Below, piece by piece: positions 22,601 to 32,603 of a DNA stretch of 35,686 nt (the stretch's first letter is position 1; each line of letters begins with the position of its first letter). The notes under the pieces were generated by a model. It made no database searches. It was not told the origin of the DNA and worked only from the letters and a program-made list of their open reading frames with translations. The DNA lies in the NCBI GenBank assembly GCA_003568945.1, contig BDIP01000056.1:1-35686 (forward strand), written 5' to 3'. This DNA is from Kipferlia bialata. Its lineage: Eukaryota. The translations under genes and the position numbers were made by a program.

Positions 22601-25600
22601 ATACCACCCACCGTCCCATACTCCTCTGGCCAGTAAATCTAGCTCATATTACAGATACTAATACTATCCCCTCCTGCATATATACATATGTCTATAGAGT
22701 GCATAACCCACCGTCCCATACTCCTCTGCCAGTGGGTCAATATTTCAAAGACACACATATAGATATGAGCACATGTGTATGACTATCGATAGGCATGTAT
22801 AGATTTACGTAATGGTACACACTCACCGTGCCGTACTCCTCTGCCAGTGGATCTAGGCCATCCTGCATGTACAGGTAGGCATCGTCTGGGGGTACGGAGG
22901 GAGTACAGATAATTTTGTAAGCTAGTTCCTATTTATCACACAGAGGAAGAGATTATAGAAGGAATGCCATCCTGCATGGATACGTAGACATCGTCTGGGG
23001 GTAAAGAGGGAGGATGAATAATATATCAATTCCAATCACTGAGATAGTGATGCTCAAGTATGAGAGGAGCTAGTGGAAGAGAGTACAAGGAGGGTAACGA
23101 AATAGTGTTGATACACTCAGAGGAAGCAGAAGAGATGATATGCTCCGATACCTAGCACCGTCTGGTTGTAGTGTATGGTGTACTCAACGTTGGAGGGGAG
23201 GGTCTCAAGGTCAGTGAGACCAGCGAAGGAGACACCTGGGGTTAGAGAATATGAGTGTACTGTCTTCTACATATTACTCTAGAGTATGTCAAACATATAC
23301 ACATATATATGTAGTGGGCGAAGGAGACACCTGGGGGGTTATGGTGCCATAACACGAAAACATACGAGACAAATGAATAGGGAAACTAGTAGGTAACTGG
23401 TAACTCACCATATGACCCCTGGGTTATTGAAGACATGACATCATACCGTCAACATCCCCACTAATAGTACATGCAGTATATGGTAGAGTCTATATAGACC
23501 ACCTAGCCATACCTAGCCATATGACGCCTGGGTTGTTGTTTGCGTATCTGTCCAGCTCCCATCCAGAGTCAAACACCATGATGGACTCGTCCTCCCACCC
23601 AAAGTCGGCTAGAGTAAGGAATGTATATATATACTAATACTCAATAGGGTAATACTAATTACACACTATACTATTGTATGAACACCATGATGGACTCGTC
23701 CTCCCAAAGTCGGCTAGAGTAAGAGGAATATAGAGGTATACATATGTACCACTATAAGAGAATTCCAATCTAATACTAAATACACACTACTGTATGGACA
23801 CCATGATGGACTCATCCTCCCACCCAAAGTCAGCTAGAGTAAGAGACAAATATCCGAATACTCACAAGGGTAATACTTAATACACACTGGTCTACAATGG
23901 AATCATCCTCCCAATTTGGGTTACACAGGGAGAGATTAATAACATGCAGGGTCAGCGATGTATACAGTGAGGATAGTAGAAGACACATATGTACCCCACC
24001 TATGACTGCGTCCATTGTCCTGTTGACTGCCAGGTTGATAGCAGGGGCAAATACATATATACATATTCCTATATATATAAATGTGTGTGTGTGTGTGTGT
24101 GTGTGTGTAGACTATACACCAGTCTATAACTGTCTCCGTACCTATCACTGCATCCATTGTTCTGTTGACTGCCAGGTTGTTAGCAGGGGCAAAGGCTAGG
24201 GACACACACCCCGAGTCAGGCTGGGGTACACCCGGACCATGCCTAGAGGGTAAGGCATACATATATATATATATATATATATAGGGATAGAGAGAGAGAG
24301 ACACCCAGAGTCCGGCTGGGGGACACCCGGGCCATACCTGGGTAAGACAACATATGCATATAAGAATAGAGAGAGAGAGTGAAAGAGAGAGACACACACC
24401 CCGAGTCGGGCTGGGGGACGCCCGGGCCATATCTGGATAAGACACTACATACATATATAGATAGGGAGAGTGAGTGAACGAGAGAGAGAGAGACAGCCCG
24501 AGTCCGGCTGGGGGACACCCGGGCCATACCTAGTGGGTAAGGTATACGCACACACATATATATGAATGTATGCATATGTATATATATAGGGAGAGAGAGA
24601 GAGAGAGCGGAGTCAGGCTGGGGGACACCCGGGCCATACCTAGTGGGTAAGGTATACGCACACATATATATATGAATGTATGCATATGTATATATATAGG
24701 GAGAGAGAGAGAGAGAGCAGAGTCAGGCTGGGGGACACCTGGGCCATAACTGGGTTATATGGATGAATAAAGGGTGACGAGAGTATATGCCGAGAGTACC
24801 CACCCGTCACTGCCGTCAAAGACTGCACAGGAGGGGACAGGGGGGACGGCCTTGGCCTAGTGTTAGTACAGATATGTATATATATGTGTATATGTATATA
24901 TATAGATAGATATAGAGAGAGAGAAAGGAAGAGAAGTGGGGATAGCGTTGGTCTCTTGATGTCAAACTATATATAATACATGTAGAACGAGGGAGACAAA
25001 GAGAGTATAGGCCAGTATCGGTAAAGACACGTCGCGTGGTTTTTAAGGAGAGGTTGCACAACGCTGGAACTACACGTAAATACATATATATAGATATATC
25101 ACTCACCACTGGGTGGTTGTTTGGATCCAACGTGGACAATACTATGTTAGGCCACTGCCACAGGACTAGGACAATGGCCATGGGGACTAGGAACCTGGGG
25201 TAAGAGAGATAGATATACCTGTCACTAGGTAGACATGTATATTAATGTGTATATACACACAATTATACGTCAAGTACTAGGGCAATGGCCATGGGGACGA
25301 AATACCTGTATATATAGACATAGTGTATTATATTACTATATATTATTATATATATTTTTTTATATATACACATTGTAGATTAGTAATAATCTATATACTA
25401 GGACAGTGACTGTGGGGAGGAGATACCTCTGGTAAGAGCAAGCGATATACATATAGGTAGAGGTGACATATACCTAGTCACAAACAGCATCGTAGACTCC
25501 TTGACAGCTGACAGGAAATGCAGCATGTACTAATATATATATACAACCATACTATATGTATAGTATATATACTAATATACATATATAGTAGTACAGGACT

Positions 25601-25942
25601 ACACATATACTAATAAGTATAGACCTTGTTATGAACAGCATTGTGGACTCCTTGACAGCTGACAGGAAGTGCAGCATGGTGAGGCCACAGAACTGCTCAT
25701 AGAAGAAGCCTAGGATGAGATAATAACAGAAATGAAGCACTAGGATAATGCAAAGACATACTGAGAGGAGTGGGGGGGGGGGGGCTCACAAGATACAGGG
25801 TGGGAGCAACACATACGCACATACATATACAATGTATGATACACACTAGGCCTATGCGTAAATGTAAGACCGTATCTCATCTGTGTAACTAACCTCTGGG
25901 CCTGATGGCATCAGTAGCCTTCTTGACCACAGAGCGCGGCAT
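1096..25942 (-). CDS. ABCA: Full-size ABCA-subfamily ABC transporter (TMD1-NBD1-TMD2-NBD2), >70 short exons
   Basis: ATG at 25942 (MPRSVVKKATDAIRPR), TGA at 1098-1096. Phase-consistent GT-AG exons give VVEKRQGKLTALRVMGV, LLGHNGAGKSTT, FSGGMLRRL, ILDEPSTGLDP, TSHDMPEAERLGD, HLKAKFGTG, TSLEEVF, MERELKLFSLLQLKGM, DTDVMEER, LLGPNGAGKTTT, LSGGMRRRL, TTHNMEEADAL, HLKARYGSGY and SLEGAFL. Not every exon in 11-14 kb was resolved. Confidence 0.93.
1961..1997. other. Assembly gap (N)
   Basis: Run of n flanked by duplicated atacaaatatatctatat. Confidence 1.
2731..5767 (-). other. ABCA nucleotide-binding domain 2 exons
   Basis: Walker A GPNGA|GKTTT split by an intron (~5691/5606), LGLCPQHD (~5310), LSGGMRRR (exon 4892-4798), ILDEPST (~4540), TTHN|MEEADAL (4373/3083). 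Confidence 0.93.
3367..4259. other. Assembly gap (N) inside an ABCA intron
   Basis: 893 n, flanked on both sides by echoes of the TIDKAKEH...TTHN exon end. Confidence 1.
6129..6490 (-). repeat. Four intronic copies of the exon end 'TDVMEER|GT' plus the live exon end (small N gap 6236-6247)
   Basis: + strand motif acctctcctccatcacatct at ~6129, 6220, 6276 and 6360; the live copy ends at ~6467. Confidence 0.9.
16372..18743 (-). other. ABCA nucleotide-binding domain 1 exons
   Basis: Walker A GHNGAGKSTT (exon 18264-18189), Q-loop LGICPQ (exon from 17881), signature/Walker B FSGGMLRRLCIAMAFSGCPKLVILDEPSTG (17447-17360), H-loop LTSHDM (~16780). Confidence 0.93.
23513..23925 (-). repeat. Three intronic copies of acceptor + exon start 'ADFGWEDESIMV' upstream of the live exon
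   Basis: Copies at ~23681-23720 (4-nt deletion), ~23798-23840 and ~23895-23925 (degenerate). The adjacent intron sequence (taatactaa..tacacact) is repeated as well. Confidence 0.85.
24142..24755 (-). repeat. Five intronic copies of acceptor + exon start 'YGPGVPQPDS' upstream of live exon 24242-24142
   Basis: + strand motif gagtc(a/c/g)ggctggggg(a)cacc(c/t)gggccata at ~24308, 24403, 24499, 24610 and 24720, ~100-110 nt apart, separated by (AG)n/(AT)n tracts. Confidence 0.92.
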
Positions 25943-26045
25943 CTCTCTCTCTCTCTCTCTCTCAGGGATAGGACAGAAGACTGGCGTCAATGTGAATGAA
26001 AGTGGGGGAAGAGAGACCACAGAGACATGAGAGTAGGGGTAGCAT

Positions 26046-26076
<31 letters not shown>

Positions 26077-27087
26077 GACAGAGAGAGAAGCGATGTGGTG
26101 ACAGAGGGATGTGGTCGAATATATATATTGAGAACAAGAATATATTGAGTACGCGTATCAGAATGGTGAAGAAAGAGGGGGGGGGGGGAGAGAGAGAACA
26201 CTGAGTTGCACATCCACTGATTCAGTCAGGCTTCTCCCTCATGCAGATACTAATGCATATATACAGTGATAGTGAGGACTACTATAGGAGAGAGTAGGAA
26301 CATCGCAGACTACTACCCTATGGTCTCAATCCATCTCTGACCACCCCACCTACCTCTGATATACATCCACTTATACTAGCTGTTGGCAGCAATACACTAG
26401 CCTACACACATCACCCCTCCAAGAAACTATGCAAATAGAGGGTGACGATGCATATATCACAGTACCAGAGCGAGTTTGACTCCCATAACGGCCTATCAGC
26501 CATATAAAGCTATGATACACCCCCATACCTATCCAGAGTCCCTGTGGAGACCGGTACGTGCTGGAAAGGCCCAAACCGTTCTGCAATCGACGTATCCCAG
26601 TGCCTCCTCAATCCACCGTGTCTATGTTTACAGCCCACTACAGTCTGCACCGTTGGGGAGAGATACCCTCAACACATGCATATCTCATACTGAGAGAGAG
26701 AGAGAGAGAGAGGCTTTGGCCCACTAGGGGCACCTTGAGTAATGGAAATACGAGCATTAGGTGAATAGAAGGTGAGTAATGGATATGTACTGATTCGGAG
26801 TCGGGAGCGAACGGCTGAAACGTGAGAAGGACAAAAACGTCAAAGGGTGTAGTGAGAAAGACTCCCCACTGCCTCTACTCTCTTATCAACAGTCAGTGGA
26901 TAGCTTGCCTAGAGGTTAGTAAACGCAACACAGGCAAATAGCTTGTATATTGAGTCCATGTAAGGGTAATTCTGTGTGAGTCATCTGTAGGCTATATCCA
27001 ATAGATACCAGTTTATTACTTAGAGTAGATACTATCCACTAGATACTGAGTCAGTATCCCTGACCACCAGACAGGCCCATAGTGGAT

Positions 27088-28575
27088 ATGGCACCTAGGC
27101 AGCGTGCCCGTATCTACACCCCCCTGGAGACTATACTACAGGAGGGTGTGACGTCACATATCATCAGCAAGCTGAGAGAGGGAGGGGTGCACTCTGTAGA
27201 GCGTATCGCAATGATAACACCTCAGGCTCTGGTGAGAGTGAAGGGAATGAGTGAAAAGCGAGTTGAGGCCATAAGAGAGGCGGCCAAGGAGAGGCTTCAC
27301 ACACACTCCTTCATATCCGGGACAGAGTGTATGGAGAAGGTCGCCAACACATACCATGTGTCCACAGGGTGTGTGGCTGTGGACACGATACTGGGGGGAG
27401 GGATTGAGAGCAGAGGAGTCACTGAGGTGTATGGAGAGTACAGGTGCGTGTTGTCGTGAATCGAACCCCCCCCTCTTCTTTTCACAATAATCACATTCAT
27501 CTCATTCACCCCTCTATATCCCTCTATATCCCTCCATATTGCACCCTACACAATAACCACTTGCCTTTTGTCTCCTTGTGACACATAGGACCGGCAAGAC
27601 CCAGCTGTGTCACACTCTAGCAGTCACTGCACAGATGGGGGAGAACGGAGGGAAGGTTGGTATAAAACATACACATCGCATGTCGTGTATACTTGGAGTA
27701 TTCGTGTCTCTCTTCTTGTATATTCTGTCTAAAGTCTATTTATTACTGATACTCAGGTCATGTATATCGACACCCAGGGCACATTTCGCCCCAAGAGGCT
27801 TGAGCCGATTGCACAGCGCTTTGGCCTCGAGTTTGACAGTGTCCTAGAGAACATCGTCTATGCAAGAGTGTACACTCACACGCACCTGATGGAGATGATA
27901 ACTCCTATGTCAACTGCCATGGCGCAAGAAGAGTAGTCACACTATATACTAAATATCAATATCCCGTTACGTAAGATATGCTCCGCACTTACTAACCCCA
28001 AGGGTCAGGCTAGTCGTGGTGGACTCTGCCACCGCACCCTTCTTCGTTGACCTGCCTGGGAGACGTAATCACTCTGAGCGGGAGGAGGTATTGTTGTCCT
28101 TGGGAATACATATATACTATCACGTAGATGATCAGACGGTATATACTATATAGTATACAGTATATACCTCCTGCCCTGACTATCAGAAGCTTAGCGTGTA
28201 CCTGTCTAGCCTGATGAAGCTGTCCTGTGAGTTCAACGTCCCAGTATTAGTCACCAACCAGGTATACCGACGAAAGAGCAAACAACCCCACCAAAGTTAT
28301 ACGCTTGTAGATGTATTGTCCGCTTATTCTCCCTCTTTCTTGACAGCCAGGTCACAATGGATACCGACAATACATCTGGCCGTTACCGCCAGAACAAGCC
28401 TGTTGGGGAGAACGTCGTCGGACACTCAGTCACTACACGGCTGCGCTTCGGCAGATTCCTTTCGGGCGATTACAGGTGGAGCCGTAGCTGCTGCGTCCTC
28501 CACTCCCCAGGCCTCCCAGAGGAATGTGCAGACTTACAGATATCAGACGGGGGTGTCACTGACATTGACAATTGA
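27088..28575 (+). CDS. DMC1: DMC1/RAD51-family recombinase, divergent and DMC1-like. Exons 27088-27443, 27589-27655, 27757-27932, 28003-28087, 28187-28261, 28351-28575
   Basis: N-terminal HhH region (KLREGG...VKGMSEKRVE), STG...D.ILGGGIES, Walker A GEYRTGKTQLCHTL, YIDTQGTFRP, ARVYTHTHLME, Walker B LVVVDS, KLSCEFNVPVLVTNQV, GHSVTTR, ISDGGVTD. All introns are GT-AG and in phase. DMC1 rather than RAD51 is judged from motif resemblance only. Confidence 0.88.
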
Positions 28576-28806
28576 TACCTTTCAAGCTGACAGTCAAGTT
28601 GACAGTCAAGTTGACTGAGTCGAATACTGAGAAACAGTGCCCTGGGACACGTTTAATCGTTGGAGGTCAATTAGATATATCGAGTATTAATTACGACTGA
28701 GATGTGTCATAGAACACTTCAGACTCCTGTCTTTCATCGGCAAGCTAGTTACGGTAAACGGTGTAAACCCTTTGTGCGCCGTACTATATATACTATATAA
28801 CCAAAC

Positions 28807-29173
28807 AAGCTGTCCTGTGAGTTCAACATCCCAGTCATAGTCACAAACCAGGTACTGTCATTCAAGTGTATTTTAGGGTAAGACTCTTGTCACAAGAGTA
28901 CCTATAGTTGTTAGATACTTGACATTCAGGTCACAGAGAATACGACTACACAGGTTTTAACGTTGAAGACATGAAGAAGAAGCCTACTGGGGGTATGTTG
29001 TCGGACACTCAGTCACTACACGGGTGAACCTCCGCAAAGGCCCTCCCAACAACATTAGCTCAAGCCGCTGCTGCTTTCTCGTCCACTCCCCAGACCAGCC
29101 AGAAGATGCAGTTGGCTTCCAGTTATCAGACGGGGGTGTCACTGACTACGATGATATAGTCGTCATCCACTAG
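28807..29173 (+). pseudogene. Partial diverged copy of the recombinase 3' end (half of exon 5, intron, exon 6) with frameshifts
   Basis: KLSCEFNIPVIVTNQ|gt at 28807-28851, acceptor at 28929, then frameshifted KKPTGG.VVGHSVTTRVNLRKG...HSPDQPE...LSDGGVTDYDD..H* (TAG 29171-29173). Confidence 0.88.
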
Positions 29174-29445
29174 AGGACGTGTTTACAGACTCATTCAAAG
29201 TCTCTAGGCCAATCCTGTGTGTCGAGTTATTGTCGACGGTGACTTGCAGGCATCTAAGTTGCATGATGCTACTTGAGTCTGATTACACATAGATGATGAA
29301 TGTATTACCTACTATTGTTACACATATAGCCTGCTTTGTAACAATAGAATAGTGCAATGTTGGGTATACAGTTTATACAGTGCATATTGAGCAGAGAGCC
29401 ACTTTCTTGCATAGTCCACCTTATATTGTACGTCGCTATCGACCA

Positions 29446-30607
29446 TCAGCTGCCGTCCTCAAGAAAGAAGTAGTTATAGGGAATGGGGTCGACAGTAATG
29501 ACGCATGGTGTCCTTTTCGCCGGGTCCAAGCTGCCGCCTCCATAGAGAAAGTGTGTGTATGGGGAAAGGGAGACAGCTTTGGAGTAGTTCCAGTTTCGCT
29601 CTGTATATAGCCTGGATGGCCGGACAAGAACGGTCTCTCCACTCACAGTGTCAAAGAAGGTCATAATCGAGTCAGTCAACACCATAAGGTATCTGCCCGG
29701 CACCTACGGTAAGGGAAAGGGTACACTACCTATACTAATGTCCTACAGATACATACAGAGCAGTCAACGACGATAACAAGGTCCAAGCGTCAGTGTTTCA
29801 TTAATACCTGAACAGGGTACCGCAGTAAAGGGAAGGTGTACTCACATCTGCCCCACTCTCCTGTCGGAAAGGTGTAGGTTGGGCAACCGGTACCTGATGA
29901 CAATGACGGAATATACGCGGTCTTGCCCACAGACTTCATCCACCCGATCGTTTGATACTTGTAGATAAGCGGGATTACACCGCCACTACTCCAGAAACGT
30001 GAGTTGGGGTCGTATATATCGATGGTACCAGCATGCGTCCTGTCCCTCCTATAAGGGTACCGAGGAACATTGAACACAACTAGGTAACCAATGGTTACTA
30101 ACCATCGATACACACTGAGACCTGTCTTACACCGGGATGGGGCACATAAGCTCCTTCACCAGGGTCTGAGAGGTAGTCATGTTCACTCCACTGTAGAGTG
30201 TCGAGAGAGAGTGTGTTCAGAGTTGCTGTGGGAGTCACGTGACTCTTACCCTCACTTGAAGGAGTGCAATAGGTGTGGCTACGATAAACGTATAGTATGC
30301 CACCAGTACTACAGAATTTGGCCCATTCTATGTGTCTGAGGGTTCTCGGGGTCTCCAAGTGGCGTGCAGTGAAATGGTAGCACCCTGGATCTGGAGTGTC
30401 CAGGCTCTCTCTCTCTCTGTCGCCCTCTAACAGGAATGCTCCCTCATGGCAAGTGGACCCAGTTCCACACTGTAACAACAGCCCGTGATGACAGAGCACC
30501 AGAACAGTATAGCTGTCGATGGGGAACGCATGTAAGATATTTACTCTTACGACCCTCTCAGGCCACTGAATGGCAGTCTGTCTGTAGTGTACCGGGAAGG
30601 GCTCCAT
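29446..30607 (-). pseudogene. Divergent kelch/beta-propeller-like gene disrupted by a 14-nt insertion; intron 29807-29704
   Basis: ORFs 30607-30098, 30113-29808 and 29703-29446 join into one protein with kelch-like blade ends (LSLDTLQWSE, IDIYDPNSRFWS, FFDTVSGE). Frameshift at 30090-30103. Confidence 0.55.
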
Positions 30608-30923
30608 AGACTAGTAGGTTCCTGATCTAGAGATGGTGTCGACGACGATTGGTAAAGATGTATGTCATAACCTGCGAACAGACGAACATACATGTTGAAT
30701 ACCTCAACATGGGGGCCCAAAGCTTGGAAACTGGTTGTCGAAAGATGACCTCTCGATTCATCCAAATGATGCCGTCAGACGCCGGTTAAATTCGTGAACA
30801 ACACTGAAGGCATTCTGTCTTAAGACACGTTGTTCCTGTTGTAGGGGACCAGGCAGCACATAGATATCCAACCCCAACACACAAGAAAGTCTCCAACCTG
30901 AACGCTTGGAACTCTTTCGTGGC

Positions 30924-31855
30924 ATGTCCACCCCCTCCCACCCCCGCAAGGGTGTGTCCTATGTGCCCCTTGTCATTGATGAGGGTGGAGAGGCAGCAGG
31001 ACTGGGCACTCCGATGGCAGAGGTGGGGGTGGGAGATACATACACAGAGACATACACAGAGGGACACGCAGAGAGAACGGGTGTGAGAGAGGCCTCACCC
31101 ATTGCAGACAGAGAGACACTGGGAGACACAACGAGTGTCTTCACTGAGGCTGAGCCTGAGACTAAGGGTGTTAACCTGCCTGAGGCTATAGACATGAGAA
31201 GGACATCCCCTGCTACTACCACAGCGTCCCAGCCCAGCTACCCCACGACAATCTCCTGTAGCACCACTGGCAGATTCATGGATGGGGGAGAGAGAGAGGC
31301 AGGGCTGGAGCCAGGGGTCCTTGTGCTGGGGGTCAGGCTTGGATGTGAGGTGAGTTTACCTGTACATACGAGGGCATGAACGCTAAGTCCATATACAGTA
31401 TGCATACAGTTCACTTTGTGTGTAACATGCTGTGGTTACACTATAACTCTCTCTAACCAAAGAGAGACATCACGCTTCTTGACTTTCCAGACGAGTCAGT
31501 ACTCCCCATCCCATGCTCTCTCCTCTACACCTATGACGGTGTAGACAGGAGCATCCACATCAGGACCAACCCCCTCTCCACCCACAGCACCCTCACTAGA
31601 TCACAGTTGGTGACAGTAGTGTCTGACCACATAAGCCCTGTGGTAGTGGGTGTTACCAAGTGTCCTGTCGATGGACACAGGTAGGGTTACAAAAATATAG
31701 AGATAGAGATAATGTAGTAAATTTCTTTACTACTCTTTTGAAACCGACACAGGACAGGGGCACTGGTGCTATACGGGGCACAGAGAGTGGACAGGGAGGG
31801 AGAGGGAGGGGGAGTACCAGTGTACAGACTCCTACTCAACACAGTGCTGGACTAG
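30924..31855 (+). CDS. Hypothetical 248-aa protein. Exons 30924-31349, 31463-31680, 31753-31855
   Basis: ATG, donor gtgagt, acceptor ctaaccaaag, donor gtaggg, acceptor ccgacacag. Phases 0 and 2 match, and the 747-nt spliced frame is open to TAG. No family recognised. Confidence 0.75.
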
Positions 31856-32603
31856 GGACATGTAATCGTGTTGATATGTCTGATAGTGTAGCCTACCCCA
31901 AGGGAGATAGCCTATTCTTGATAGTAATATACAGGAAGATGTTGAAATACTTATGAGCGTCTTTAGGAATCAAGGTAATGGTCAGAAGCGATCATCATTG
32001 TTTTTAATTCCCGAAGAGAAGATGGAACCATTTTGGGAGGCGCGTTCAATGATTGAACTTCAATCAAGACGAATTTTAGAGTCGCACTTTCTCCATCTAG
32101 GAAGGCCCTGCATACTGTATTGGTAGTGTCAGGATGTCGTCGTTTGGCCAGTGCACCAGGTGAGATATGACTGTATCTTGATACGTTGGACTACGTTTCC
32201 ATGGCGATGCCCTTCATATATACCATGCTCAGTGCGGCGATCTAACAGGTTGCTATGTACTTCGCCGTGCCCTTCCTATTGTCACAGACCCAAGTTTAAA
32301 GCCCCGTAGTCCAGGGGCCACAAACAATGGACATGAGTGACATTGAAGAGCCTGACCCTCCTACACCTCACCCGCTTTCAATACAGACGTACTATTTCAC
32401 TGTGATTTGGTATACACCGAAGTTACTGGCGTCTATTGAGTATCCTTAGTACACTTGGGATGTAATGTCCTCTATGATAGGTCCTCTGCTTCGACCTGTC
32501 CTTGACACTGAAGGTATCACCAGTCCATGTCCCATTGTGTCAGTGGATACCGGTACCATGAATACACATATTCATGTGTACACTTCCGTGTGTTGGGTAG
32601 CTG

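Noticed and set aside
24200..24755. CRISPR-like regularly spaced ~35-nt repeats
   Set aside because: The repeats are copies of an exon start, the spacers are related microsatellites, the context is eukaryotic, and there are no cas genes.
1096..25942. Echoes as mutually exclusive alternative exons
   Set aside because: Each echo has only one splice site and covers part of the exon, and several carry frameshifts.
109..26213. Numerous 60-190 aa ORFs rich in YIYI, SLSL or ERER
   Set aside because: They are translations of intronic microsatellites or antisense to real exons.
26371..26764. Short overlapping ORFs between the ABCA and DMC1 starts
   Set aside because: No consistent spliced frame or homology could be built.
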